DNA of 64,000 nucleotides from assembly GCA_902604835.1 (NCBI GenBank), contig CACKZW010000006.1, positions 1,359-65,358 on the forward strand, read 5' to 3'. Position 1 is the stretch's first letter. Each line of letters starts with the position of its first letter. This document shows positions 30,820 through 40,260 of this stretch, in pieces. The position numbers and the translations under genes are program-made. The stretch is from an uncultured Candidatus Actinomarina sp. (GTDB lineage: Bacteria; Actinomycetota; Acidimicrobiia; Actinomarinales; Actinomarinaceae). The notes beneath the pieces are model-generated. The model was not told the origin of the DNA. It did no database searches and saw nothing but the letters and a program-made list of their open reading frames with translations.

Positions 30820-31562
30820 ATTTGATTTTTTTAAGACACGGTCAAAGCATTTGGAATCTAGAAAATAGATTTACTGGTTGGGTTGATGTTGGACTCTCTG
30901 ATGGTGGGGTAGATGAAGCTTTAAAAGCAGGTAATACATTATTAAATAAAGAATATGTTCCTGATATTTGTTTCACCTCCTATTTAAAAAGATCAAAAGA
31001 AACTGCAAATATTTTGTTATCTCAATATGCAGATAAGGTAATACAAGATATAGAAATTGTGAATGACTGGACATTAAATGAACGTCATTACGGATCTCTA
31101 CAAGGCTTGGATAAATCTGAAACAGCTAATAAATATGGTGAAGAACAAGTCCAACTGTGGAGAAGAAGTTATGACACACCACCACCTTTAGCAGCCAAAA
31201 ATTCTGATTTTGATCCAAATAATGATAAGTTATACAAAAATATCAATCAAGATCTTCCATTAGGGGAATCTTTAAAAGATGTAGTATCAAGAGTTAAAAA
31301 AACAATTTCTATGATATTAAATCTTTCAGAAACAAAAAATGTTTTAGTAGTCGCACATGGAAATAGTATTAGAGCAATCCTAAAAATTATTGAAGATATT
31401 AGTGACAAAGATATTATTGAAATAAATATACCAACTGGAATACCATTAGCTTTTAACTATCAAGATGATAAACTAACTAAAATTGGATATCTTGGAGACC
31501 AAGAACAAATTATTAAATTACAAAAAGAAGTTGAACAACAATCTAGAATAAAAAAAGGTTAA
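30816..31562 (+). CDS. gpmA: 2,3-bisphosphoglycerate-dependent phosphoglycerate mutase
   Basis: 248 aa. LRHGQSIWNLENRFTGWVDV (catalytic His), ERHYG, VAHGNSIRA. ATGA overlap with the tpiA stop. Confidence 0.93.
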   Translation: MNLIFLRHGQSIWNLENRFTGWVDVGLSDGGVDEALKAGNTLLNKEYVPDICFTSYLKRSKETANILLSQYADKVIQDIEIVNDWTLNERHYGSLQGLDKSETANKYGEEQVQLWRRSYDTPPPLAAKNSDFDPNNDKLYKNINQDLPLGESLKDVVSRVKKTISMILNLSETKNVLVVAHGNSIRAILKIIEDISDKDIIEINIPTGIPLAFNYQDDKLTKIGYLGDQEQIIKLQKEVEQQSRIKKG

Positions 31563-31564
31563 AG

Positions 31565-31801
31565 ATGGATACAATTACAGCAGTTTTAATATCAGTACAT
31601 GTTGTCGTTTCAATAGCATTAATAGCTTTGGTTTTATTAAATAGCGGAAAAGGTGGAGGTTTGTCTGATATGCTTGGTGGACCAGGAGCGTCTGGAAATA
31701 TTGGCCAAACTTTAGCTGAGAGAAACTTAAGTAGAATCACTGCATTTGTTGCTTTTCTCTTTGCTGTAACAACATTATCTTTATTTTGGTTTTTAGACTG
31801 A
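31565..31801 (+). CDS. secG: Preprotein translocase subunit SecG
   Basis: 78 aa, two TM segments flanking the Gly-rich loop LLNSGKGGGLSDMLGGPG. Follows the glycolytic genes as in Actinobacteria. Confidence 0.85.
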   Translation: MDTITAVLISVHVVVSIALIALVLLNSGKGGGLSDMLGGPGASGNIGQTLAERNLSRITAFVAFLFAVTTLSLFWFLD

Positions 31802-31806
31802 TATTA

Positions 31807-31890
31807 GCGCGGGTGGCGGAACTGGTAGACGCGCAGGATTAAGGATCCTGTGGGGTAAAACCCGTGGAGGTTCGAGTCCTCTTCCGCGCA
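31807..31890 (+). tRNA. tRNA-Leu, type II, hand-folded anticodon AAG (A34)
   Basis: Acceptor GCGCGGG/UCCGCGC (G7-U66), D arm GCGG-AACUGGUAGA-CGC, anticodon stem CAGGA/UCCUG with 7-nt loop U-U-A-A-G-G-A, long variable arm GGGGUAAAACCCGU, T arm GGAGG-UUCGAGU-CCUCU, discriminator A. CCA is not encoded. The 5' half is nearly identical to the tRNA-Leu(CAA) at 16.7 kb. Confidence 0.8.
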
Positions 31891-31897
31891 CATAATT

Positions 31898-32554
31898 ATG
31901 AATAAATCTGAAACTGTTGCCATAATTAATGATCCTGAAGTAACTTTAGGCCATCTTGAAAACAGAAGCATAATTACTTTAAATGCTTGGGAAATTAAGT
32001 GGAATGATTTAAATCCAGAATCAAATTATATCCTCTTAGGTGGTCACATGGGTGCTTATCAATCTGAGGAGTACCCATATTTAAAGAGTGAAAAAAAATG
32101 GATTGCTGAGGCAGTTAATACCAACATTAAAATCCTAGGAATATGTTTAGGCTCTCAATTAATTGCAGACTCATTAGATGGAGAGGCTTATTTAGCAAAA
32201 AATATTGAATTCGGTTTTAAAAAGCTTTCATTTCTTACATCCTCTTATATTTTTGACGATTACAAAAATATAGAAATATTTACATGGCATCGGGATACTT
32301 TTAAGTTGCCCTCAAAGGCTAAATTAATAGCTAAAACATCATTTCCCCAAATATTTACAATAAAAAAAACAATAGGCATACAATATCATCCAGAAATTAC
32401 TGAAGATCTATTTTTAAAATGGTATGAAGGTGAAAAGACAAAGCAAGAGTTGGAAGAATTTAATATCGACAAGGAATTCAAAAAATTAAAAAAAAACGAA
32501 TATTTGATCTCCGAATCGGTTAATAAATTATTTGATAAATGGATATCTACTTAA
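31898..32554 (+). CDS. Class I glutamine amidotransferase-like protein (GuaA-type GATase domain only)
   Basis: 218 aa. Nucleophile elbow ILGICLGSQLIA and the His-Glu motif GIQYHPE. Confidence 0.7.
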   Translation: MNKSETVAIINDPEVTLGHLENRSIITLNAWEIKWNDLNPESNYILLGGHMGAYQSEEYPYLKSEKKWIAEAVNTNIKILGICLGSQLIADSLDGEAYLAKNIEFGFKKLSFLTSSYIFDDYKNIEIFTWHRDTFKLPSKAKLIAKTSFPQIFTIKKTIGIQYHPEITEDLFLKWYEGEKTKQELEEFNIDKEFKKLKKNEYLISESVNKLFDKWIST

Positions 32555-33128
32555 AAGGATCTTTTAAAATTCTTTTTACGTAATTGTTAAGTACATCGTA
32601 CCTGTCATCAATAGAATTAATTGAAAGTATTTCATTTCGAATATCTAAAGACATAGGCATTTTTGTACATAAATTCCAAAGACTGATAATTCTATTTTCT
32701 ATATCAATTTCAAAATCTGGGATTTGCATATCTATGCCTTGCTCAATAAGAATACTTATTGCCTTTTTGATATCTGTTTGAAGATCCATTAGTTCCTCTT
32801 CAGAAGGAGGCAATCCAACATTTATTAATTCATTTGATTGGCATATAGGGTATTCTTTTGTAAGTTCTAAGTCAGTAACTTTATAAATTCCAACACATTC
32901 AACAACAACAAGTTGTTCAGCATTTGATATATCTTGATGTTCAATGATTTTAACTTCTGAAACAATTTGTCCAATTGTTTCTAAATTTTTTCCTACACAA
33001 AATGTACTTTCATTATTTATACAATCACCAATTAATAGCAAATATCTAGGTTCGAATACTCTTAATGCTGATATTTCTGTAGGAAAATAATTAATACCTG
33101 CACCAAAAAATGGGAATTCAACTATCAT
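32547..33128 (-). CDS. LON N-terminal substrate-binding domain protein
   Basis: 193 aa. N-terminal FPFFG...FPTEISALRVFEPRYLLLI matches the LON-domain pattern (lPlFPL...L.iFEpRY). Confidence 0.6.
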   Translation of the reverse strand: MIVEFPFFGAGINYFPTEISALRVFEPRYLLLIGDCINNESTFCVGKNLETIGQIVSEVKIIEHQDISNAEQLVVVECVGIYKVTDLELTKEYPICQSNELINVGLPPSEEELMDLQTDIKKAISILIEQGIDMQIPDFEIDIENRIISLWNLCTKMPMSLDIRNEILSINSIDDRYDVLNNYVKRILKDPFK

Positions 33129-33165
33129 AATTTCTGTTATTTAGGATAAGGGAAAATAAAAAATA

Positions 33166-34212
33166 ATGAGAATTGAAGACGATATTAAATTAACTTTTGA
33201 TGATGTACTTATTCGGCCAAAAAGAAGCACATTAGTTTCAAGATCTGAAGTGGTCCTTGAAAGAGATTTTAAATTTAAACATACTAGCGCAACATGGACG
33301 GGTGTGCCTATTTTTTCTGCAAACATGGACACTACTGGAACATTTGAGACTGCAGTTACTCTTCAGAAGCACAAAATGCTCACTGCAATTCATAAATTTT
33401 ATACTTCAGAGGAGTGGAAAAAGAATGTAGATAATTTGGATCCAGAATATATTTCAGTAACTGTTGGTCAATCTCAAGAAGATTTACAGCTTGGTAAGGA
33501 AATTTTTGAGTTAAATAATGATATTAAATATTTGTGTATTGATGTGGCAAATGGATATAGAGAAGATTTTGTAAATTCAGTTAAAAACTATAGAGCAACT
33601 TTTCCAGAAAAAATTATTATTGCAGGCAATGTAGCAACTCGTGAAATGACTGAAGCATTGATACTAGCTGGGGCTGATATCGTAAAGATTGGAATCGGAC
33701 CTGGTTCTGTGTGTACAACTAGAAGTGTGGCAGGTGTTGGGTATCCTCAATTATCTTCTATATCTGAATGTTCAGATGCTGCACACGGATTAGGTGGCCA
33801 TGTAATGGCAGATGGGGGTTGTAAATATCCTGGTGACGTATCAAAAGCTTTTGGTGCTGGAGCTGATTATGTAATGTTAGGCGGGATGTTTGCTGGACAT
33901 AAGGAGTCTGGAGGAGAATTAGTAACAGATGATGATGGCGAACAGTACAAAGATTTTTATGGCATGTCGTCTACTAAAGCACAACAAACTTATTATGGAG
34001 ATCTTGCAGAGCATCGTGCAGCAGAAGGAAAAAAAGTAAGGCTTAAATACAAAGGTGATTTGGATGGAACTGTGCAGGGAATTTTAGGTGGCATGAGATC
34101 AGCCTGTTCTTATGTCGGAGCTAAAAAACTTAAAGACCTGCCAAAAAGTACTACTTTTATTCGTGTTACTCAAACAACTAATGAAATATATACGGGAAGT
34201 GAAAATAATTGA
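33166..34212 (+). CDS. guaC: GMP reductase
   Basis: 348 aa. The N-terminus [39 protein letters not shown] is near-collinear with E. coli GuaC as I remember it. Active-site [11 protein letters not shown]. Length fits GuaC, not GuaB (no CBS insertion). Confidence 0.9.
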   Translation: MRIEDDIKLTFDDVLIRPKRSTLVSRSEVVLERDFKFKHTSATWTGVPIFSANMDTTGTFETAVTLQKHKMLTAIHKFYTSEEWKKNVDNLDPEYISVTVGQSQEDLQLGKEIFELNNDIKYLCIDVANGYREDFVNSVKNYRATFPEKIIIAGNVATREMTEALILAGADIVKIGIGPGSVCTTRSVAGVGYPQLSSISECSDAAHGLGGHVMADGGCKYPGDVSKAFGAGADYVMLGGMFAGHKESGGELVTDDDGEQYKDFYGMSSTKAQQTYYGDLAEHRAAEGKKVRLKYKGDLDGTVQGILGGMRSACSYVGAKKLKDLPKSTTFIRVTQTTNEIYTGSENN

Positions 34213-34445
34213 ATATAGTTGTTTACTCAAAAAATAAATGTGTTTGGTGTGACAGGGCAAAAAATTTACTTAACTCAGTAAATCTTCCATTTGATGAGAT
34301 TGATTTATCAGATGATACTGAAAGGAGTGAATTCTATAAAAAAATTGGAGAGGGCGTAAAAACAGTCCCACAAATTTTTATAGATGATATAAGAGTTGGA
34401 GGTTATCCTCAGCTCGTGACATGGTTCGAAGAAAATGGCATCTAG
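34209..34445 (+). CDS. Glutaredoxin
   Basis: 78 aa. TTG start overlaps the guaC stop. Active site CVWC, TVPQIFIDDIRVGGY. Confidence 0.8.
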   Translation: MNIVVYSKNKCVWCDRAKNLLNSVNLPFDEIDLSDDTERSEFYKKIGEGVKTVPQIFIDDIRVGGYPQLVTWFEENGI

Positions 34446-35340
34446 CGATTCATCTAAAACTGTATTTTTAGCTTTCTCAGTAAATTTTTTTATTGCTGGT
34501 ATAAAAACAGTTATAGCCGTTATTACATCTTCATCAGCCATGTTCTCTGAAGCGGTTCATTCATATGTAGATTCTGGAAATCAATTTATTCTATGGTTTG
34601 GCATAAAACAATCAAAAAAACCAAATAAATTGCTTTACCCACTTGGAAGGGGAAAAGAGGAATATTTTTGGACATTAGTTGTTGCAGTTCTTATTTTTAC
34701 TATTGGTGGTCTTATCTCCCTTGAGCATGGCATTGAGGCTTTATCTCATCCTAAGGAATTAAAAAATCTATTTATTTCAATTGCTGTTCTATCTGTGTCT
34801 ATCGTTTTAGAACTTTATGTTCTATACAAAGCTGTAAAAGAGTTGAGAAGTAAAGTAGTTAATAAAGATTTATCTGTATTCAAGCTTCTTAAAGAATCTA
34901 CGGATGGACCATTGATAGCTATAGTTGTTGAAGATTTTGCAGCTACACTAGGTTTAGGAATTGCTCTTGTTGGTACAATTCTGGCAAATATAACATCTAA
35001 TCCTGTATTTGATGCAGTAAGTTCAATTATGATCGGTATACTTCTTATGGTTTCTGGTGTATTTCTTGGCTATGAAATGAAGCATCTCATTACTGGTGAA
35101 AGCATCAGTGTCAAAAAACAAGAAATGATCCATGACATTATTAGTGGGAACGAGAAGATTAAAGAGATCAAATCTTTAAAAATTATATCAATTGGTGCAA
35201 ATAAATACCTAGCACTTTGCAATTTAGATTATATTGACACAACTATGGATAATGAAATTATTGAAATTAATTTAGAATTAAAAAACACTGTATGTTCCAA
35301 GTTTGATGAAATATCTGAGATTTACTTTAATCCTGCCTGA
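34435..35340 (+). CDS. Cation diffusion facilitator (CDF) family metal efflux transporter
   Basis: 301 aa. TM2 motif SSAMFSEAVHSYVDSGNQ, LYPLGRGKEEYF, six TM segments plus a cytoplasmic C-terminal domain. Confidence 0.8.
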   Translation: MASSDSSKTVFLAFSVNFFIAGIKTVIAVITSSSAMFSEAVHSYVDSGNQFILWFGIKQSKKPNKLLYPLGRGKEEYFWTLVVAVLIFTIGGLISLEHGIEALSHPKELKNLFISIAVLSVSIVLELYVLYKAVKELRSKVVNKDLSVFKLLKESTDGPLIAIVVEDFAATLGLGIALVGTILANITSNPVFDAVSSIMIGILLMVSGVFLGYEMKHLITGESISVKKQEMIHDIISGNEKIKEIKSLKIISIGANKYLALCNLDYIDTTMDNEIIEINLELKNTVCSKFDEISEIYFNPA

Positions 35341-35354
35341 TTTAGAATTAAGTC

Positions 35355-35726
35355 ATGGAATTAAACAAAAAGCATTTAAGTCAAGATCAGTTTGAAGTTA
35401 CTCAAAATTGTGGGACTGAACCACCATTTTCTGGAGAACTTTTATATGAAAAAAGAGATGGCATTTATAGTTGTGTAGTTTGTGATTTTGCTTTATTTGA
35501 ATCTGAAAAAAAATATGAATCGGGAACCGGCTGGCCAAGTTTTTATGAGGCTCTTGAAGATACTATTAGCACCAAAGAGGATAATTCTTATGGTATGAAA
35601 AGAATTGAAATTAATTGTAAAAAATGTGACTCGCATCTTGGTCATATATTTCCTGACGGTCCTAAACCAACCGGGCAACGATACTGTGTAAATTCTTTAA
35701 GTCTTATTTTTAATGAAAATGAATAA
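35355..35726 (+). CDS. msrB: Peptide-methionine (R)-S-oxide reductase MsrB
   Basis: 123 aa. [51 protein letters not shown] (two CxxC zinc motifs plus the catalytic Cys). Confidence 0.93.
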   Translation: MELNKKHLSQDQFEVTQNCGTEPPFSGELLYEKRDGIYSCVVCDFALFESEKKYESGTGWPSFYEALEDTISTKEDNSYGMKRIEINCKKCDSHLGHIFPDGPKPTGQRYCVNSLSLIFNENE

Positions 35727-36030
35727 AGCATATATTGATGAAGAATGCATAATGTGTTCAACTTATGGAAAATTTCTTTCTAATCGATCATCAGATGTCT
35801 TAATAATGAATCAATCAGAATTAAGCATTGAAGATATCAAAAGAGATGAAATAGTTTACTTTAGAAATAATAAAAAATTTTACGGAGCAGAAGCTTTTAT
35901 CCAGTCGACGAGTGATTTGGGAGGAATATATAAAACTGTAATTTTATTTAAAATTTTTCCAAAATATTTCAGAGATATTGTTTATAGATTTGTAGCTGCA
36001 AATAGGCATAAAATATTTAAAAAAAATTGA
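35713..36030 (+). CDS. DCC1-like thiol-disulfide oxidoreductase (DUF393) family protein
   Basis: 105 aa. N-terminal [15 protein letters not shown] fits the D-x-x-C-x-x-C signature of the family. Adjacent to msrB, a redox context. Confidence 0.5.
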   Translation: MKMNKAYIDEECIMCSTYGKFLSNRSSDVLIMNQSELSIEDIKRDEIVYFRNNKKFYGAEAFIQSTSDLGGIYKTVILFKIFPKYFRDIVYRFVAANRHKIFKKN

Positions 36031-36242
36031 ACTTACGAAAATTTTTAGACAATAAGTTATTTCGTAGTTTTATATTGTTTTCTATATTTAGGGCAGTTTA
36101 TGGATTGTTTATTGTTATTTTTGCTTATTATTTTTCAAGAGAGTATGAATTAAATTATTTTCAAACAGGTTTAATTTTTGTCTTTTCTGTTTTAATTTCA
36201 AGAATCGGATTCAAATATTTTAAAACTAAATTTAGTCTCTAA
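36027..36242 (+). CDS. Hypothetical small membrane protein
   Basis: 71-aa ORF with two hydrophobic segments. ATGA-type overlap with the upstream gene. No family recognised. Confidence 0.35.
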   Translation: MNLRKFLDNKLFRSFILFSIFRAVYGLFIVIFAYYFSREYELNYFQTGLIFVFSVLISRIGFKYFKTKFSL

Positions 36243-36714
36243 AATTTCCATAGTTCAGATGAATATTAAAATCTTTTGATTTCAAATGAGCAATAACTTC
36301 TTGCAACTCATCTCTTTTTTTCCCCGAAACTCTTACAGACCCATCCTGAATACTACTTTGAACTTTTTTGAAATTATTTTTTAATTCTTTTACGATTTCT
36401 TTAGCTATCTCTTTATTAATCCCAGATTCTAAAAAGTAATTTCTTTTTGATTCAGATGGTGTTTTTTCGTCTTCGAATTTTGATAAAAATTTTATTGATA
36501 CATTTCTTTTTGCAAATTTTTCTTTAAGGACTTGATCTGCTGCATTCATTCTTTCTTCGGTACTACTTTTGATAGTTATGTTATTTTCACTTAATAATGC
36601 AGTTGTATTTGTTCCTCTGAAATCATATCTATTTACAAGTTCTCTATTCATCTGATCCACAGCATTTGTTACCTCTTGCTTGTCAAATGTTGATGTAATA
36701 TCAAAGGTAGGCAT
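36232..36714 (-). CDS. yajQ: YajQ family nucleotide-binding protein (UPF0234)
   Basis: 160 aa. N-terminus MPTFDITSTFDKQEVTNAVDQMNRELVNRYDFRG is the characteristic YajQ start. Confidence 0.85.
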   Translation of the reverse strand: MPTFDITSTFDKQEVTNAVDQMNRELVNRYDFRGTNTTALLSENNITIKSSTEERMNAADQVLKEKFAKRNVSIKFLSKFEDEKTPSESKRNYFLESGINKEIAKEIVKELKNNFKKVQSSIQDGSVRVSGKKRDELQEVIAHLKSKDFNIHLNYGNFRD

Positions 36715-36728
36715 GATTTAATTTTAAA

Positions 36729-37175
36729 TTACTTCTTATAATTTTGTCGGAGAAACTCATAACTAACAATTGATACAGAATTTGCTAAATTTATGCTTCT
36801 TGAATCATCACTCATTGGGATTGTTAGCATATCATGATTTAGACTAAGTACTTCTTCAGGTAGTCCTACTGATTCTGGCCCAAAAATAAAATAATCATAA
36901 TTCTTTAAGTCAGTGTCCCAAATATTTTTAGACCCTTTTGTAGATAGCATTGCTATGTTATTATTTTTATTTTGCTCGTAGAAAACATTCCAATTTTTAA
37001 AAATACTTACAGAGGCTAAGTCATGATAATCTAAACCCGCACGTCTAATTTTATTTTCTTGGAAATTGAATCCGAAAGGTTTTATTAGATTTAATGGTAA
37101 TCCCGTATTTGCGGACAACCTTATACATGATCCAACATTTCCAGCAATTTCAGGTTTGTATAAAACAATTTCCAC
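36729..37175 (-). CDS. trmL: tRNA (cytidine/uridine-2'-O)-methyltransferase TrmL (SpoU/TrmH family)
   Basis: 148 aa. IVLYKPEIAGNVGSCIRLSANTG, RRAGLDYHD, FGPESVGLP, IPM...RSINLANSVSIVSYE (SPOUT knot motifs). Confidence 0.85.
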   Translation of the reverse strand: MEIVLYKPEIAGNVGSCIRLSANTGLPLNLIKPFGFNFQENKIRRAGLDYHDLASVSIFKNWNVFYEQNKNNNIAMLSTKGSKNIWDTDLKNYDYFIFGPESVGLPEEVLSLNHDMLTIPMSDDSRSINLANSVSIVSYEFLRQNYKK

Positions 37176-37225
37176 ATAAATATTATATTCCTATTCAACA
37201 GCCAATAGAGCAGTAAAATATTATT

Positions 37226-38785
37226 GTGATTAAAATTATTAAATTATTTCTACCAAGCTTTGCAAGCTTTAAGGGTGTAAGGACAGAGATCGAAAACACT
37301 TCAGTATCTAGAGAAAGATTTATTGATTTTCTCAAGGTAATTGGATTAATGATGATAATTTTTAATACATTCTATCTAATTAGATTTTCTGACTCTTACG
37401 GTGAATATCTTATATATAATTTATCTTTTGATGATTCACTTATAACAACGTATACATGGTTTACAGTTGGAATGACTTTGTTTTTCTTTTCTGTTGGGTT
37501 TACAAATAAAATAGCATGGTATGCAAACGTTGGTAGAGACGGAAGCCAATGGAAATTTTTAACAGATAGAGTCAATGCATTATTAGGACCTGTAATTGTT
37601 TGGATTTCAGTAGTAACACTAATTCTTAATATTTACTCAAGGGCATTTAGCCTTCCTCTTTTTTTTACTAGTCAAGATGACGGAGTAGTGCCTTTAACAG
37701 AATTTATAATGTGGCCTTTATGGCTTGTATCAATATATCTTGTGGTTGTAATTTTTTCACCATTAACTTTATTTTTACATAAGACAAATCCATATTTAAC
37801 TTTATCAATGTTTATCATTTCAACTATAGCCATTGATACATTTGATTTTTCCTTAGCTTTCTCATATTTGAAACTAATAAATTACTTAATATTTTGGCTT
37901 GCAATTCATCAGCTTGGTTATTTTTTTGCTGATGGAAAAATATTTTCGTATAAATTATCTTTTTTTACGAGTTTATCAGTTATAACTTTTGGATATCTAT
38001 TTTATAAACTTAACTCATCAAGTGATTTTATGTCACTTTCAAGCTATAGATTAATTGCCAACTCAAATGAAGATCCCCCAACTATTTATTATTTAGTTGC
38101 TTCAATAGGTTTGGCATCTTTATTTTTACTTTTAAGAAATCCTATAGAAAAATTTCTAGAAAATAATATCATATGGAATTTATTTTCCTTTTTTCATGCA
38201 AATATTTTTACTTTATTTCTTTGGCACATGTTTGTCTTGTTTTACATTTACATTTTTGGAATAGACTATGTTTTTTATTTTATAATTCTTTTAGTTTTTG
38301 CTTTAATTTTTGGTGATTACGAAAGATCAGTATTTAAATTATCATCAAACATGATTCAAAGAGTAAATCCACTACAACCATGGCCAGGCCCAATGAAAGC
38401 CAAGTTATCATATAGTAATTTTTCGCTTGCATGGATTTCGTCAATTTTGATTCTTATTGGTATTTTTCAAATTACCCTTGGTGGAATAGGATTATCAGGA
38501 TTTTTTACTTTAAGAAATCTGTATTTTCTCTCGGGAAATACATTTGAAGCACTTGTCAAAATTGCAACTGGTTTATTATTGTTAAATTTAACAATTAGAA
38601 GAATTGATTTAAAAAATATTGTCTTAATTGTTTCAGCTGGTTTTCAAGTAATTATTTTATTTTCTAGAAATATTTTGTATAACGAAATATCACAATTTGA
38701 ACTTTATTTTTCACTCGGTCTAATTATATTTTTTCTTTATATCGCTTTCATAAATCGTAACTATAAAACAAAAACTTCGGTCTAA
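37226..38785 (+). CDS. Polytopic membrane protein, acyltransferase-3 (OafA/YrhL)-like
   Basis: 519 aa, GTG start, more than 12 hydrophobic segments. RERFIDFLKVIGLMMIIF near the N-terminus and ANIFTLFLWHMFVL resemble acyltransferase_3 landmarks. The family call is tentative. Confidence 0.45.
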   Translation: MIKIIKLFLPSFASFKGVRTEIENTSVSRERFIDFLKVIGLMMIIFNTFYLIRFSDSYGEYLIYNLSFDDSLITTYTWFTVGMTLFFFSVGFTNKIAWYANVGRDGSQWKFLTDRVNALLGPVIVWISVVTLILNIYSRAFSLPLFFTSQDDGVVPLTEFIMWPLWLVSIYLVVVIFSPLTLFLHKTNPYLTLSMFIISTIAIDTFDFSLAFSYLKLINYLIFWLAIHQLGYFFADGKIFSYKLSFFTSLSVITFGYLFYKLNSSSDFMSLSSYRLIANSNEDPPTIYYLVASIGLASLFLLLRNPIEKFLENNIIWNLFSFFHANIFTLFLWHMFVLFYIYIFGIDYVFYFIILLVFALIFGDYERSVFKLSSNMIQRVNPLQPWPGPMKAKLSYSNFSLAWISSILILIGIFQITLGGIGLSGFFTLRNLYFLSGNTFEALVKIATGLLLLNLTIRRIDLKNIVLIVSAGFQVIILFSRNILYNEISQFELYFSLGLIIFFLYIAFINRNYKTKTSV

Positions 38786-38790
38786 ATATA

Positions 38791-39825
38791 GTGAATAACT
38801 TTAAAGGTGAAACTCGTCAGGCACTGTTAAATCGGGCTTTTCTATACATTATATTAATAGGCATATCATCAGTAATTTTGCTTAGGGTCCGATCTTTAAT
38901 TTTTGATTTATTTGTTGCTGTGGTTTTATCTGTTCTTGCTGAACCTATAGTCTATAGGCTTTCAAAAAGATTTAACAGAAGGCTTTCTGCAATTATTACA
39001 GTTGCAGCAATTATTCTTATAATAGGTGGAATAATTTTTTCAATAATACCAATAATGGTCCAAGAGCTATATTTGTTATCATCACAAATGCCAGAATATT
39101 TAGACAATATTGTCAAATATATCAATAGTGAAGGCTTTGCCATATCTAGTCAATCTTTAAATTTAGAACAAGAGTTCAATAACCTATTTAGGGACTACGG
39201 AAGTGCTGTTGGAAATACAGTTGTGTTTGCAGGAAGGAGTATTTTAAATGCTTTTTTTCATTTCTTTGTAATATTTTTCTTTTCATTTTACTTAATAGCT
39301 GAAGGTGATGGGTGGAGAATAAAATTAAAGGAAGCTTTACCAAATAATATATCAAATGCAATTGATCAAGTATGGACAATAGGAGTCTCAAAAGCTGGTG
39401 GTTGGATTGCTGCAAGAGTAATTCTTGGAATTTTAGCTAGCATTGTTTTTACAATATCCTTTCTTATAATAGGTCTTCCTTCACCATTCGCCCTCGGCAT
39501 TTCAGCTGGATTATTATCTCAATTAGTACCTGCAGTTGGTACATTTCTAGGCGGCATAGTTCCTGTTTTAGCTTCTATATCTTTAGGGCCAACATATATT
39601 GTATATACTCTTGTTGTGTTGACAGCTTACCAATTCCTTGAAAACTATTTCATTAGCCCACGTGTAACAAGAGTTACTATGGTCATACACCCAGCTGTTG
39701 CAGTATTTGCTACTCTATTTGGGGCTTATACAGCTGGTGTAATAGGTGCTGTTCTAGCATTACCAATTGCGGCTACCATTCAAGGTATAATTGAAATACT
39801 TTTAGAAAATAAACAAAATGAATAA
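38791..39825 (+). CDS. AI-2E family transporter (PerM/YhhT, UPF0118)
   Basis: 344 aa, GTG start 5 nt after the upstream stop. 7-8 TM segments. C-terminal pattern ENYFISPRV...VLALPIAATIQ is typical of the family. Confidence 0.8.
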   Translation: MNNFKGETRQALLNRAFLYIILIGISSVILLRVRSLIFDLFVAVVLSVLAEPIVYRLSKRFNRRLSAIITVAAIILIIGGIIFSIIPIMVQELYLLSSQMPEYLDNIVKYINSEGFAISSQSLNLEQEFNNLFRDYGSAVGNTVVFAGRSILNAFFHFFVIFFFSFYLIAEGDGWRIKLKEALPNNISNAIDQVWTIGVSKAGGWIAARVILGILASIVFTISFLIIGLPSPFALGISAGLLSQLVPAVGTFLGGIVPVLASISLGPTYIVYTLVVLTAYQFLENYFISPRVTRVTMVIHPAVAVFATLFGAYTAGVIGAVLALPIAATIQGIIEILLENKQNE

Positions 39826-40111
39826 TTTTATTAATTTATCAACAAATGCAATAAAAACTGCTGACTCTCTTTTTCAACACGCTAAGGAAGAAACGTATGA
39901 TGAAGTTGAAGATTCAATTAAATCTTTAAAGAAAAACTTTAAAGCTGGAAATTATTTTGCAATAGCAACATTTTTCATTATATTTGGTCTTTCAAACGTA
40001 TTAACACAATTGTTTACAGGTAATTTTTTCATACAAGCAATGGTTTACTTCTCTTTGTCTTTTCTTTGCATATTGTCATTTAGTTTGATTATATGGAGAT
40101 TATTAAAGTGA
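39818..40111 (+). CDS. Hypothetical membrane protein
   Basis: 97 aa. The ATG overlaps the upstream stop (ATGAATAA). Soluble N-terminal half, then two hydrophobic segments. Confidence 0.4.
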   Translation: MNNFINLSTNAIKTADSLFQHAKEETYDEVEDSIKSLKKNFKAGNYFAIATFFIIFGLSNVLTQLFTGNFFIQAMVYFSLSFLCILSFSLIIWRLLK

Positions 40112-40260
40112 CTGAATTTAAAGATAATTTCTTTAATTTAAAAAACAATATTAATAGTGAAAATTCAAAAATTGTAAGTTTCCTGATCTATGGAATATTC
40201 ATTGGGAGACTTTATGAAAAAATCAAAAAAATTAAAAGAAAAATACGGTTTAAAAAATGA
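40108..40260 (+). CDS. Candidate micro-ORF (50 aa, GTG start)
   Basis: Below the track cutoff, translated by hand: VTEFKDNFFNLKNNINSENSKIVSFLIYGIFIGRLYEKIKKIKRKIRFKK*. GTGA overlap with the upstream stop. One short hydrophobic stretch and a basic tail. Confidence 0.2.
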   Translation: MTEFKDNFFNLKNNINSENSKIVSFLIYGIFIGRLYEKIKKIKRKIRFKK

